From TPA_inf: Saccharomyces (Eukaryota): a stretch of 64,000 nt of DNA. The stretch is taken from assembly GCA_000146045.2 (NCBI GenBank), contig BK006934.2, positions 64,001 through 128,000 on the forward strand. Reading direction: 5' to 3'. Both the position numbers and the translations under genes were made by a program. Under the pieces are notes generated by a model. The model had not been told where the DNA came from. It saw only the letters and a program-made list of their open reading frames with translations, and searched no databases. This document shows, piece by piece, positions 21,910 to 31,117 of this stretch (its first letter is position 1; each line of letters opens with the position of its first letter).

Positions 21910-23150
21910 TGGCGACCCCAGTGAGGGATGAAACAAGAAATGTTATTGACGACAACATTTCTGCGCGGATTCAATCGAAAGTCAAAACAAATGATACTGT
22001 CAGACAGACGCCATCATCATTAAGAAAAGTTTCTATTAAAGATGAACAGGTGAAACAATATCAAAGAAACTTAAATAGGTTTAAAACCATACTAAATGGT
22101 TTAAAGGCAGAAGAGGAAAAACTTTCTGAGACTGATGATATTCAGATGCTAGCTGAAAAATTATTAAAACTCGGAGAAACCATTGACAAGGTTGAGAATA
22201 GGATTGTGGATCTAGTTGAAAAGATACAATTATTGGAAACAAACGAGAACAATAATATATTACATGAACATATAGATGCTACAGGGACTTACTATTTATT
22301 CGATACGTTAACTTCAACCAACAAAAGATTCTACCCTAAGGATTGTGTTTTTGATTATAGGACTAATAATGTCGAGAACATTCCTATTCTCTTAAACAAT
22401 TTTAAAAAATTCATCAAGAAATATCAATTTGATGATGTCTTTGAAAATGATATCATAGAAATCGATCCTCGTGAAAATGAAATCTTGTGCAAGATAATCA
22501 AAGAAGGACTCGGTGAAAGTTTAGATATCATGAACACAAATACAACTGACATTTTTAGGATAATCGATGGTTTAAAAAACAAATATAGAAGTTTACATGG
22601 TAGAGATGTCAGAATTAGAGCCTGGGAAAAGGTTTTGGTTGATACAACATGTAGAAATTCCGCATTGTTAATGAATAAACTTCAAAAGTTGGTACTAATG
22701 GAAAAATGGATTTTTTCTAAATGCTGCCAAGATTGTCCTAATCTAAAGGATTACCTACAAGAAGCTATCATGGGAACCTTACATGAATCCTTAAGAAATT
22801 CTGTGAAACAACGTTTGTACAACATTCCACATAACGTAGGAATTAATCACGAAGAATTTCTAATCAATACTGTTATTGAAACAGTAATTGATTTGAGCCC
22901 AATTGCAGACGATCAAATAGAAAATAGCTGCATGTATTGCAAATCTGTTTTCCATTGCTCAATTAACTGCAAAAAGAAACCAAATAGGGAACTTAGGCCT
23001 GACTCGACCAATTTCTCAAAAACCTATTATCTACAAGGTGCACAGAGACAACAACAACTTAAGTCCAGTGCAAAACGAACAAAAGTCTTGGAACAAGACA
23101 CAAAAAAAGTCAAACAAAGTGTACAACAGCAAAAAACTGGTAATTATTGA
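21909..23150 (+). CDS. TYA: Ty4 TYA (Gag), 413 aa (YHL009W-A-like)
   Basis: ORF opens with the last A of the LTR (ATGGCGACC...); a C-terminal CCHC-like zinc-knuckle region (CMYCKSVFHCSINC). Confidence 0.88.
   Translation: MATPVRDETRNVIDDNISARIQSKVKTNDTVRQTPSSLRKVSIKDEQVKQYQRNLNRFKTILNGLKAEEEKLSETDDIQMLAEKLLKLGETIDKVENRIVDLVEKIQLLETNENNNILHEHIDATGTYYLFDTLTSTNKRFYPKDCVFDYRTNNVENIPILLNNFKKFIKKYQFDDVFENDIIEIDPRENEILCKIIKEGLGESLDIMNTNTTDIFRIIDGLKNKYRSLHGRDVRIRAWEKVLVDTTCRNSALLMNKLQKLVLMEKWIFSKCCQDCPNLKDYLQEAIMGTLHESLRNSVKQRLYNIPHNVGINHEEFLINTVIETVIDLSPIADDQIENSCMYCKSVFHCSINCKKKPNRELRPDSTNFSKTYYLQGAQRQQQLKSSAKRTKVLEQDTKKVKQSVQQQKTGNY
21910..21927 (+). other. Ty4 minus-strand primer-binding site TGGCGACCCCAGTGAGGG, complementary to the 3' 18 nt of tRNA-Asn(GUU) including CCA; it overlaps the TYA start codon
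   Basis: 18/18 match to the reverse complement of the tRNA-Asn 3' end ...CCCTCACTGGGGTCGCCA as I recall it; immediately 3' of the LTR. Confidence 0.75.
22992..22998 (+). promoter_or_regulatory. Programmed +1 ribosomal frameshift heptamer CTT-AGG-C linking TYA to TYB
   Basis: CTT AGG are in the TYA zero frame (codons L-R of ...NRELRPDS...) and GGC is in the +1 frame, which stays open to 27318. A fusion of 362 + 1440 = 1802 aa matches the Ty4 Gag-Pol size I recall. Same heptamer as Ty1/Ty2. Confidence 0.8.
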
Positions 23151-26100
23151 TACCGGTTCCGGCGTAAACATTACCAATGACAAAACCTTACTGCATAATT
23201 ACGAAGACAGTAATCGCAGTACACGATTTTTTGGTATTGGGAAAAACAGTTCAGTGTCTGTTAAAGGGTATGGCTATATAAAAATCAAGAATGGTCACAA
23301 CAATACTGACAATAAGTGTTTATTGACTTACTATGTACCGGAAGAAGAATCCACTATAATCAGCTGTTATGACTTAGCCAAGAAAACCAAAATGGTTTTA
23401 AGTCGAAAATATACCAGATTGGGAAACAAAATCATAAAAATTAAAACCAAGATAGTTAATGGTGTCATTCACGTAAAAATGAACGAGTTAATTGAACGTC
23501 CTTCCGATGATTCAAAAATAAATGCAATAAAACCTACTTCTTCTCCTGGATTTAAACTAAATAAAAGGTCTATTACCTTGGAAGATGCTCATAAAAGAAT
23601 GGGCCATACAGGAATTCAACAAATTGAAAATTCCATAAAACATAATCATTATGAAGAATCCCTTGACTTAATCAAAGAACCAAATGAATTTTGGTGTCAA
23701 ACCTGTAAAATCTCTAAAGCCACGAAAAGAAATCATTATACCGGGTCTATGAATAATCATAGTACTGATCATGAACCAGGATCATCATGGTGCATGGATA
23801 TATTTGGCCCTGTATCAAGTTCAAACGCGGACACTAAAAGGTACATGCTTATTATGGTGGATAACAACACGAGATATTGCATGACCTCCACACACTTCAA
23901 TAAGAATGCTGAAACTATTTTAGCTCAAATCAGAAAGAATATTCAGTACGTGGAAACACAATTTGACAGGAAAGTCAGAGAAATTAATTCAGACAGAGGT
24001 ACTGAATTCACAAATGATCAGATAGAAGAATATTTTATTTCAAAAGGAATACATCACATACTTACTTCTACACAAGATCATGCTGCTAATGGAAGAGCAG
24101 AAAGATACATCAGAACAATAGTAACTGATGCAACAACACTCCTAAGACAAAGTAACTTAAGAGTAAAATTTTGGGAATACGCAGTAACTTCTGCTACCAA
24201 TATAAGAAATTGCCTGGAACACAAAAGTACAGGTAAACTACCATTGAAGGCAATCTCACGTCAACCTGTTACAGTGAGATTAATGTCATTCTTACCATTT
24301 GGCGAAAAAGGAATAATTTGGAATCATAATCACAAAAAATTGAAACCATCTGGACTTCCTTCTATAATTCTATGCAAAGATCCAAATAGTTATGGATACA
24401 AATTCTTTATACCATCCAAAAATAAAATTGTCACATCTGATAATTATACAATTCCCAACTATACGATGGACGGTAGAGTAAGAAATACTCAGAATATTTA
24501 CAAGAGTCATCAATTCAGTTCACATAATGATAATGAAGAAGATCAAATCGAAACGGTCACAAACTTATGTGAAGCTTTGGAAAACTACGAAGATGATAAT
24601 AAACCAATTACTCGCCTGGAAGATTTGTTCACAGAGGAAGAGTTATCTCAAATAGACTCAAACGCAAAATACCCATCTCCTAGTAATAACCTAGAAGGGG
24701 ACTTGGATTACGTATTTTCTGATGTTGAGGAATCTGGAGATTATGACGTTGAATCTGAACTTTCAACGACAAATACTTCAATCTCAACTGATAAAAACAA
24801 AATTTTGTCAAACAAGGATTTTAATTCAGAACTTGCATCGACTGAAATATCCATCAGTGAAATCGATAAGAAAGGATTAATAAATACAAGTCATATTGAT
24901 GAAGATAAGTATGATGAAAAAGTCCACAGAATTCCATCGATTATACAAGAGAAACTGGTAGGAAGTAAAAATACTATTAAAATCAATGACGAAAACAGAA
25001 TCTCCGACAGAATTCGTAGTAAAAATATTGGGAGTATCTTAAACACTGGACTCAGTAGATGTGTAGATATCACCGATGAATCTATTACTAACAAAGATGA
25101 GTCAATGCACAACGCAAAACCCGAACTAATTCAGGAGCAGTTCAATAAAACAAATCATGAAACTTCGTTTCCTAAAGAAGGGAGCATTGGAACAAATGTA
25201 AAATTCCGAAATACAGACAATGAGATTTCTTTAAAAACAGGCGATACGAGTTTACCAATAAAAACTTTAGAAAGCATTAACAATCACCATAGTAATGATT
25301 ATTCCACAAACAAAGTTGAAAAGTTTGAGAAGGAAAATCATCATCCGCCCCCGATTGAGGACATTGTGGATATGAGTGATCAAACTGATATGGAATCAAA
25401 CTGTCAGGATGGTAATAACTTAAAAGAATTAAAAGTCACCGATAAAAATGTACCAACTGACAATGGAACAAATGTGTCACCAAGGTTGGAACAAAATATT
25501 GAAGCATCTGGATCACCAGTACAAACAGTTAATAAAAGTGCCTTCTTAAACAAAGAATTCAGTTCTTTGAACATGAAAAGAAAACGGAAAAGACACGATA
25601 AAAACAATAGTCTAACAAGCTATGAATTAGAAAGAGATAAGAAGCGTTCAAAAAGGAATCGAGTGAAATTAATTCCAGATAATATGGAAACAGTTTCAGC
25701 ACAAAAAATTAGAGCCATATATTATAATGAAGCTATTTCAAAAAATCCTGACCTCAAAGAAAAACATGAATACAAACAGGCATATCATAAAGAATTACAG
25801 AATTTAAAAGATATGAAGGTATTTGATGTCGATGTGAAGTACAGTAGATCAGAAATCCCTGATAATTTAATAGTACCCACCAACACGATATTCACAAAGA
25901 AAAGAAATGGGATTTATAAGGCTAGGATAGTCTGCAGAGGTGATACTCAGTCACCAGACACTTACAGTGTAATAACTACAGAATCTTTAAATCACAATCA
26001 TATTAAGATATTCTTAATGATTGCAAACAACAGAAATATGTTTATGAAGACCCTGGATATCAATCATGCATTCCTATATGCTAAATTGGAAGAAGAAATA

Positions 26101-27318
26101 TACATCCCACATCCGCATGATAGGAGATGTGTAGTCAAGCTAAATAAGGCGTTATATGGTCTAAAACAGAGTCCTAAAGAATGGAATGATCATCTAAGAC
26201 AATACTTGAATGGAATTGGACTGAAAGATAACTCTTATACTCCGGGATTATACCAAACCGAGGATAAAAATCTAATGATTGCAGTCTATGTTGATGACTG
26301 CGTAATTGCGGCAAGCAATGAACAGAGATTGGATGAATTCATAAACAAATTGAAAAGTAATTTTGAACTGAAAATTACAGGAACATTAATAGATGATGTA
26401 CTCGATACAGATATATTAGGAATGGATCTAGTATACAACAAAAGACTTGGTACTATCGATTTAACATTAAAATCATTCATAAATAGAATGGATAAAAAAT
26501 ACAACGAGGAATTGAAAAAGATTAGAAAAAGTTCAATTCCGCATATGTCAACTTATAAAATAGATCCTAAGAAAGACGTACTGCAAATGTCAGAAGAAGA
26601 GTTTAGACAAGGTGTTCTAAAGCTACAACAATTACTAGGTGAACTAAACTATGTCAGACACAAATGCAGATACGACATTAATTTTGCTGTTAAGAAAGTG
26701 GCTAGACTAGTAAATTACCCACATGAAAGAGTCTTTTATATGATTTACAAAATAATCCAGTACTTGGTTCGGTATAAAGATATTGGAATACACTATGACC
26801 GAGACTGTAATAAAGACAAGAAGGTTATTGCTATAACTGATGCATCAGTTGGATCAGAATATGATGCTCAATCAAGGATTGGAGTTATATTATGGTACGG
26901 TATGAATATTTTTAATGTTTATTCTAACAAGAGCACAAACAGATGTGTATCATCAACAGAAGCAGAGCTTCATGCCATTTATGAAGGCTATGCAGACTCA
27001 GAAACGTTGAAGGTAACATTAAAGGAGCTAGGAGAAGGAGACAATAATGACATTGTCATGATCACTGACTCAAAGCCAGCCATTCAAGGATTAAATCGCA
27101 GCTATCAACAACCAAAAGAGAAATTCACTTGGATAAAAACTGAAATAATAAAAGAAAAAATTAAAGAGAAGAGTATAAAACTGTTAAAAATTACCGGCAA
27201 AGGTAATATTGCTGATTTACTAACAAAACCAGTATCAGCATCTGATTTTAAAAGATTTATACAAGTATTAAAAAATAAAATAACATCACAGGATATTTTG
27301 GCCTCAACAGACTATTGA
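22996..27318 (+). CDS. TYB: Ty4 TYB (Pol), expressed as a TYA-TYB fusion after the +1 frameshift: protease, integrase, reverse transcriptase, RNase H
   Basis: Protease DTGS (VIIDTGSGVNI); integrase HHCC zinc finger and DDE core (HKRMGHTGIQ...CQTCKISKA; DIFGP...D...E); reverse-transcriptase YVDD box (MIAVYVDDCVIAAS); RNase H (ITDASVGS...). The track's 23038 start is a GTG-start artefact; the frame is open from 22996. Confidence 0.88.
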   Translation, partial: GLTRPISQKPIIYKVHRDNNNLSPVQNEQKSWNKTQKKSNKVYNSKKLVIIDTGSGVNITNDKTLLHNYEDSNRSTRFFGIGKNSSVSVKGYGYIKIKNGHNNTDNKCLLTYYVPEEESTIISCYDLAKKTKMVLSRKYTRLGNKIIKIKTKIVNGVIHVKMNELIERPSDDSKINAIKPTSSPGFKLNKRSITLEDAHKRMGHTGIQQIENSIKHNHYEESLDLIKEPNEFWCQTCKISKATKRNHYTGSMNNHSTDHEPGSSWCMDIFGPVSSSNADTKRYMLIMVDNNTRYCMTSTHFNKNAETILAQIRKNIQYVETQFDRKVREINSDRGTEFTNDQIEEYFISKGIHHILTSTQDHAANGRAERYIRTIVTDATTLLRQSNLRVKFWEYAVTSATNIRNCLEHKSTGKLPLKAISRQPVTVRLMSFLPFGEKGIIWNHNHKKLKPSGLPSIILCKDPNSYGYKFFIPSKNKIVTSDNYTIPNYTMDGRVRNTQNIYKSHQFSSHNDNEEDQIETVTNLCEALENYEDDNKPITRLEDLFTEEELSQIDSNAKYPSPSNNLEGDLDYVFSDVEESGDYDVESELSTTNTSISTDKNKILSNKDFNSELASTEISISEIDKKGLINTSHIDEDKYDEKVHRIPSIIQEKLVGSKNTIKINDENRISDRIRSKNIGSILNTGLSRCVDITDESITNKDESMHNAKPELIQEQFNKTNHETSFPKEGSIGTNVKFRNTDNEISLKTGDTSLPIKTLESINNHHSNDYSTNKVEKFEKENHHPPPIEDIVDMSDQTDMESNCQDGNNLKELKVTDKNVPTDNGTNVSPRLEQNIEASGSPVQTVNKSAFLNKEFSSLNMKRKRKRHDKNNSLTSYELERDKKRSKRNRVKLIPDNMETVSAQKIRAIYYNEAISKNPDLKEKHEYKQAYHKELQNLKDMKVFDVDVKYSRSEIPDNLIVPTNTIFTKKRNGIYKARIVCRGDTQSPDTYSVITTESLNHNHIKIFLMIANNRNMFMKTLDINHAFLYAKLEEEIYIPHPHDRRCVVKLNKALYGLKQSPKEWNDHLRQYLNGIGLKDNSYTPGLYQTEDKNLMIAVYVDDCVIAASNEQRLDEFINKLKSNFELKITGTLIDDVLDTDILGMDLVYNKRLGTIDLTLKSFINRMDKKYNEELKKIRKSSIPHMSTYKIDPKKDVLQMSEEEFRQGVLKLQQLLGELNYVRHKCRYDINFAVKKVARLVNYPHERVFYMIYKIIQYLVRYKDIGIHYDRDCNKDKKVIAITDASVGSEYDAQSRIGVILWYGMNIFNVYSNKSTNRCVSSTEAELHAIYEGYADSETLKVTLKELGEGDNNDIVMITDSKPAIQGLNRSYQQPKEKFTWIKTEIIKEKIKEKSIKLLKITGKGNIADLLTKPVSASDFKRFIQVLKNKITSQDILASTDY

Positions 27319-27390
27319 TAATTAATTAATGAAGTTCTAAACACACAATGAATATCTGTTGAAGTACAATAATATATCTTTAAGGGAGCA

Positions 27391-27761
27391 TGTTGGAACG
27401 AGAGTAATTAATAGTGACATGAGTTGCTATGGTAACAATCTAATGCTTACATCGTATATTAATGTACAACTCGTATACGTTTAAGTGTGATTGCGCCTAT
27501 TGCAGAAGGAATGTTAAACGAGAAGCTCAGACAATACTGAAGCTGTGTTAAAGACCTATTAGTTGAACATGATATGGTAGGTACATATATGAGGAATATG
27601 AGTCGTCACATCAATGTATAGTAACTACCGGAACCACTATTATATTGGTCATGATTAATATGACCAATCGGCGTGTGTTTTATATACCTCTCTTATTTAG
27701 TATAAGAAGATCAGTACTCACTTCTTCATTAATACTAATTTTTTACCTCTAATTATCAACA
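27391..27761 (+). repeat. Ty4 3' LTR (tau), 371 bp; a purine-rich tract AAGGGAG lies immediately upstream (polypurine-tract candidate, 27382..27388)
   Basis: Differs from the 5' LTR at 5 positions (about 1.35%). Confidence 0.92.
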
Positions 27762-27766
27762 CATAC

Positions 27767-28099
27767 TGTAGAGTGGGTGAATTTTGAGATAATTGTTGGG
27801 ATTCCATTTTTAGTAAGGCAATAATATTAGGTATGTAGAATATACTAGAAGTTCTCCTCGAGGATTTAGGAATCCATAAAAGGGAATCTGCAATTCTACA
27901 CAATTCTATAAATATTATTATCATCGTTTTATATGTTAATATTCATTGATCCTATTACATTATCAATCCTTGCGTTTCAGCTTCCACTAATTTAGATGAC
28001 TATTTCTCATCATTTGCGTCATCTTCTAACACCGTATATGATAATATACTAGTAACGTAAATACTAGTTAGTAGATGATAGTTGATTTTTATTCCAACA
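27767..28099 (-). mobile_element. Solo delta (Ty1/Ty2 LTR), inverted, directly abutting the Ty4 right-hand target-site duplication
   Basis: Reverse complement reads TGTTGGAATAAAAATCAACTATCATCTACTAACTAGTATTTACGTTACTAGTATATTATCATATACGGTGTTAGAAGATGACGCAAATGATGAGAAATAGTCATCTAAATTAGTGGAAGCTGAAACGCAAGGATTGATAATGTAATAGGATCAATGAATA..., which is a typical delta. No matching 5-bp flanks. Confidence 0.85.
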
Positions 28100-28110
28100 T
28101 ATATGATAGC

Positions 28111-28127
28111 TGATTTTTATTCCAACA
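28111..28127 (-). repeat. Orphan 17-bp duplicate of the delta terminus (TGATTTTTATTCCAACA) 11 bp beyond the solo delta
   Basis: Direct read: ...gttgatttttattccaaca tatatgatagc tgatttttattccaaca... Confidence 0.6.
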
Positions 28128-28626
28128 ATTTATACGCTTGGGTGGATATCTAGGCAAGAAGGGCCTTGTGTTTTCTCAATATTATGGTACATCACAAATA
28201 AAATTGAGCAGCGATATGTTCCGAACACATGCCGTTACCTGATGGAATGAGAAATAGGTCTATTCTATCGATCTTTATCTATATTACTGGTATATTATGA
28301 TGTATGACGTAAAAAGATGTAGCAAAGAATGGCAAAAGCTATCAAAAATTTAATGAAACCTAAAACGCAAGGATTGACAGTGATGTAATAATGAACGAGG
28401 GCATATTGAAGTTTAAGATTTAGTTTAGTGACACTGCTTAGGCAAAATACTATTCTAAAACAGATATGATTTTCGTTCACGATGCAAAAGGTTTATATAA
28501 GTTATTTAATAGTAAATAAAAAAACATGCAGACGCATAAGTCACCATTGACTCATGCTTATTATTATATCCAATGATTTATTTTTTTTTGTTTTCGTTGA
28601 TATCGCGGGCATCTTAACTCTTCTGG

Positions 28627-30510
28627 TCATAACTGGGGGGATGTGTGACGATTATAAAAGTTTTTGGGCTCAGTAATTTTTTGCCGCCTTGTAGTGCTGT
28701 CCAGGTCCTCTTTATTTAGGTTAACAATTCCGGCTACATTATTTGCTGTAATTCTAGCATTGCGGTTTATGCCAACAGCAGCCATTTTTTTGAGTAAGTC
28801 ATCTGGGCTTTCTGCATCCTTGCTTGAGTGAAATTCTTTCGACACCGCCCTAAACAGTCCGCCCAACGTGGTACTGTTTGCTTTACGTAATGAATGAGCA
28901 TCGTCTGTGTATGCTGGAGACGAGGCGGGAGCGTTATGAGGAAAAGTATCCTGTGTCGTTCTAGGTAATATCGGAGGCGTCACTTCCCTAGAAGATACAT
29001 TTTCAGCAAGATGGGTAATTATTTTTTCTAGCCTGGTACCTGGTTTATTTTCCAAAATATTATAACCACCATTTTTTTCGTACTCCTTTTGCTCACGATC
29101 TTCTTCAGTTTTCACTAGCCTTAACAGGTTATCATCCTCCTTTTTTTTATTCTTCACGTACGCGGAGTTATGTGTTTCGGCTCTTCTTAAGAAAAGCTCA
29201 TTTTCCTTAGGGTCGTAAGTTGCATCTTCAATCGTTTTTTCTCTTTCTAGCGGTTCCCCCATTCCCCTTACAGGAAAGACACCAGGCGGCGATCTCAAAC
29301 TGTGGCGCTTGTTAATACGGTGCCTGTTAATAGATTTGATCGAGTGATTGTGAGGCAGATTGTGAGGCAACCCCAGGTGTGGAGATCTTGTCGTAGAGTT
29401 ACTTTTAGGTATGAATTGTACGGGTTCTCCCAAGTCCGATTCCATTGTAACATTGTCGGAAGTTATAACTGATGAAGGTATGGATCGAAGCGAATTTAGA
29501 CTTCTGCCGGTGAAATAGCTCGAGTTATCGTGATTTGTATTATAAATGCTTGCAAAGCCCTTTTCAGTAAGGTTTTCAAGATCTTCACCGGTTTCAGTTG
29601 CATCATCGTCACACTCATTTTTTTGTATTCTTACAACTCTTGAATCCATATTCAGTTCTGGTTGCTCATCTCTTGCTTCGTATTCTGGTAAAGATAATCT
29701 CTTTCTATCACGTTCCACAACCACCAAATGTAAGTAGAAGGGAACGACTGCACTAAAAAAGAGTCCTCCAACGATGTTACCTAAAGAAGCGGGAATTAGT
29801 AGTTTCCATATATATTTACCCACTGAAACATTTGCACCGTTAAGCATTGCAATGAAAGATGCAGACATATCTCCGACTACATGTGTAAATCCGATACCAA
29901 TAAAGTCAATGATAGGGAATGACATTAGAATAAACTTCACATGAATAGGTTTTGCCATTAACTGTAAATATATGGCTAAACAAACAAAAAAATTGCACGC
30001 TATTCCTTTTAAAAAGGTTTGGACGAATGAATATGAAACTTTTTGTTCTATGATTTGCCGTGAGCCTATTATCCAAAGCTTCTGAGAACTAATACCAGAA
30101 AGATGACCAAAAAGATATGAAACAAAAAGTGAGCCAGCAATATTACCTAACCAACTGACAACCCACGAAATCATCAAATCATAGATAGTTACTGCTTTTC
30201 TCAGAACTCCAACGGAGAAAAATAGGATATTAGAGTTGAAGAGGTCAGCACCCATCATTACTACATAGAATAGTCCCATGGCGAAATTAACACCAGTAAT
30301 AAGATTCACAATACCCGGGTTTCGTGCGACTATGTCAGGATCTTCGGAATATACCGCTACCAATAGGAACGAACCACTACTAAACAGAACGCCACCAAGT
30401 ATGGAATTTATTAGCAATGTATCTAGTTGCAGTCTTGCTTTCTTCATTGCAGTGGCCACCACCGCTAATGCAGTTTCATGTGGTGTAAGATAGTTTGAGT
30501 CGTCAACCAT
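28627..30510 (-). CDS. YHL008C, formate/nitrite transporter (FNT)-family membrane protein with a long hydrophilic C-terminal extension, about 627 aa
   Basis: N-terminal roughly 290 aa with 6 TM helices and FNT-like character (…GADLFNSNILFF…, …FIGIGFTHVVGDMS…); C-terminal roughly 340 aa low-complexity and Ser/Pro/Asn-rich. I place the start at MVDDSNYL (the track ORF starts 4 codons earlier). Confidence 0.8.
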   Translation of the reverse strand: MVDDSNYLTPHETALAVVATAMKKARLQLDTLLINSILGGVLFSSGSFLLVAVYSEDPDIVARNPGIVNLITGVNFAMGLFYVVMMGADLFNSNILFFSVGVLRKAVTIYDLMISWVVSWLGNIAGSLFVSYLFGHLSGISSQKLWIIGSRQIIEQKVSYSFVQTFLKGIACNFFVCLAIYLQLMAKPIHVKFILMSFPIIDFIGIGFTHVVGDMSASFIAMLNGANVSVGKYIWKLLIPASLGNIVGGLFFSAVVPFYLHLVVVERDRKRLSLPEYEARDEQPELNMDSRVVRIQKNECDDDATETGEDLENLTEKGFASIYNTNHDNSSYFTGRSLNSLRSIPSSVITSDNVTMESDLGEPVQFIPKSNSTTRSPHLGLPHNLPHNHSIKSINRHRINKRHSLRSPPGVFPVRGMGEPLEREKTIEDATYDPKENELFLRRAETHNSAYVKNKKKEDDNLLRLVKTEEDREQKEYEKNGGYNILENKPGTRLEKIITHLAENVSSREVTPPILPRTTQDTFPHNAPASSPAYTDDAHSLRKANSTTLGGLFRAVSKEFHSSKDAESPDDLLKKMAAVGINRNARITANNVAGIVNLNKEDLDSTTRRQKITEPKNFYNRHTSPQL

Positions 30511-31117
30511 TTTTTCTAACAATGCCTTTAGAAAATCCTTTCCGTCACTGTTCCATGAAATAATCTTGTTAGTTTATGAAAATAAAAAACTTCACTCAAC
30601 TGGAAAATTCTAGAAGACGAGAGAGGATGTTATATCGGTAGGAATTTCTCGTATATGTGGGAAATAAGAAACAAGCGTAATTCTCTCAGCTGAACAAGAA
30701 CTGACTCCCATGGTATTTTTTTTTTTCTACTTCTTTTCTTTTCCCTGAATTTGCGGGATAATATAGTTCGTGCACTAAGGACAATATTACGGATATTTCC
30801 AAAATTGGATAATACCTCTCCTTCGTTACATAGAACGCAGACAGATGTTCGTGTAATGGTACCCGACACTCGATGAGACTTTGTTATTTTTATACGCCTG
30901 AAATTAGGAAGAATTTGAGTTGGTTTCAATATTCCTCAGTTTTAAGCAAAACTGTTGTCGTGATTTATTTAAATTTCGTTAATGAAGTTGTGAATTAGAG
31001 TGGGATGTGTTATAAAATGTCCAAATATACACGATAAGATATATGAAAAGAATTTTTATGCCAGTCACAACTGTGTATATACTTTGTCGATAATAAGGTG
31101 TACCCTGCTTGCTACGT

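Larger units (their letters stand above)
21539..27761 (+). mobile_element. Full-length Ty4 LTR retrotransposon (Ty1/copia class), 6223 bp, flanked by a 5-bp target-site duplication CATAC (21534..21538 and 27762..27766)
   Basis: Two 371-bp direct repeats TGTTGGAAC...TATCAACA (tau LTRs); internal TYA/TYB ORFs ordered PR-IN-RT-RH; primer-binding site complementary to tRNA-Asn; identical 5-bp flanks. Confidence 0.93.

Noticed and set aside
23038-23040. Independent TYB start at 23038 as listed in the six-frame track
   Set aside because: That codon is GTG. The +1 frame is already open from 22996, and the CTT-AGG-C heptamer at 22992 gives the expected 1802-aa fusion, so TYB is expressed by frameshifting, not by independent initiation.
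28100-28200. Possible third LTR between the solo delta and YHL008C
   Set aside because: Only a 17-bp duplicate of the delta terminus is present. The downstream sequence (gggtggatatctaggcaagaagggcc...) does not resemble any Ty LTR I know.
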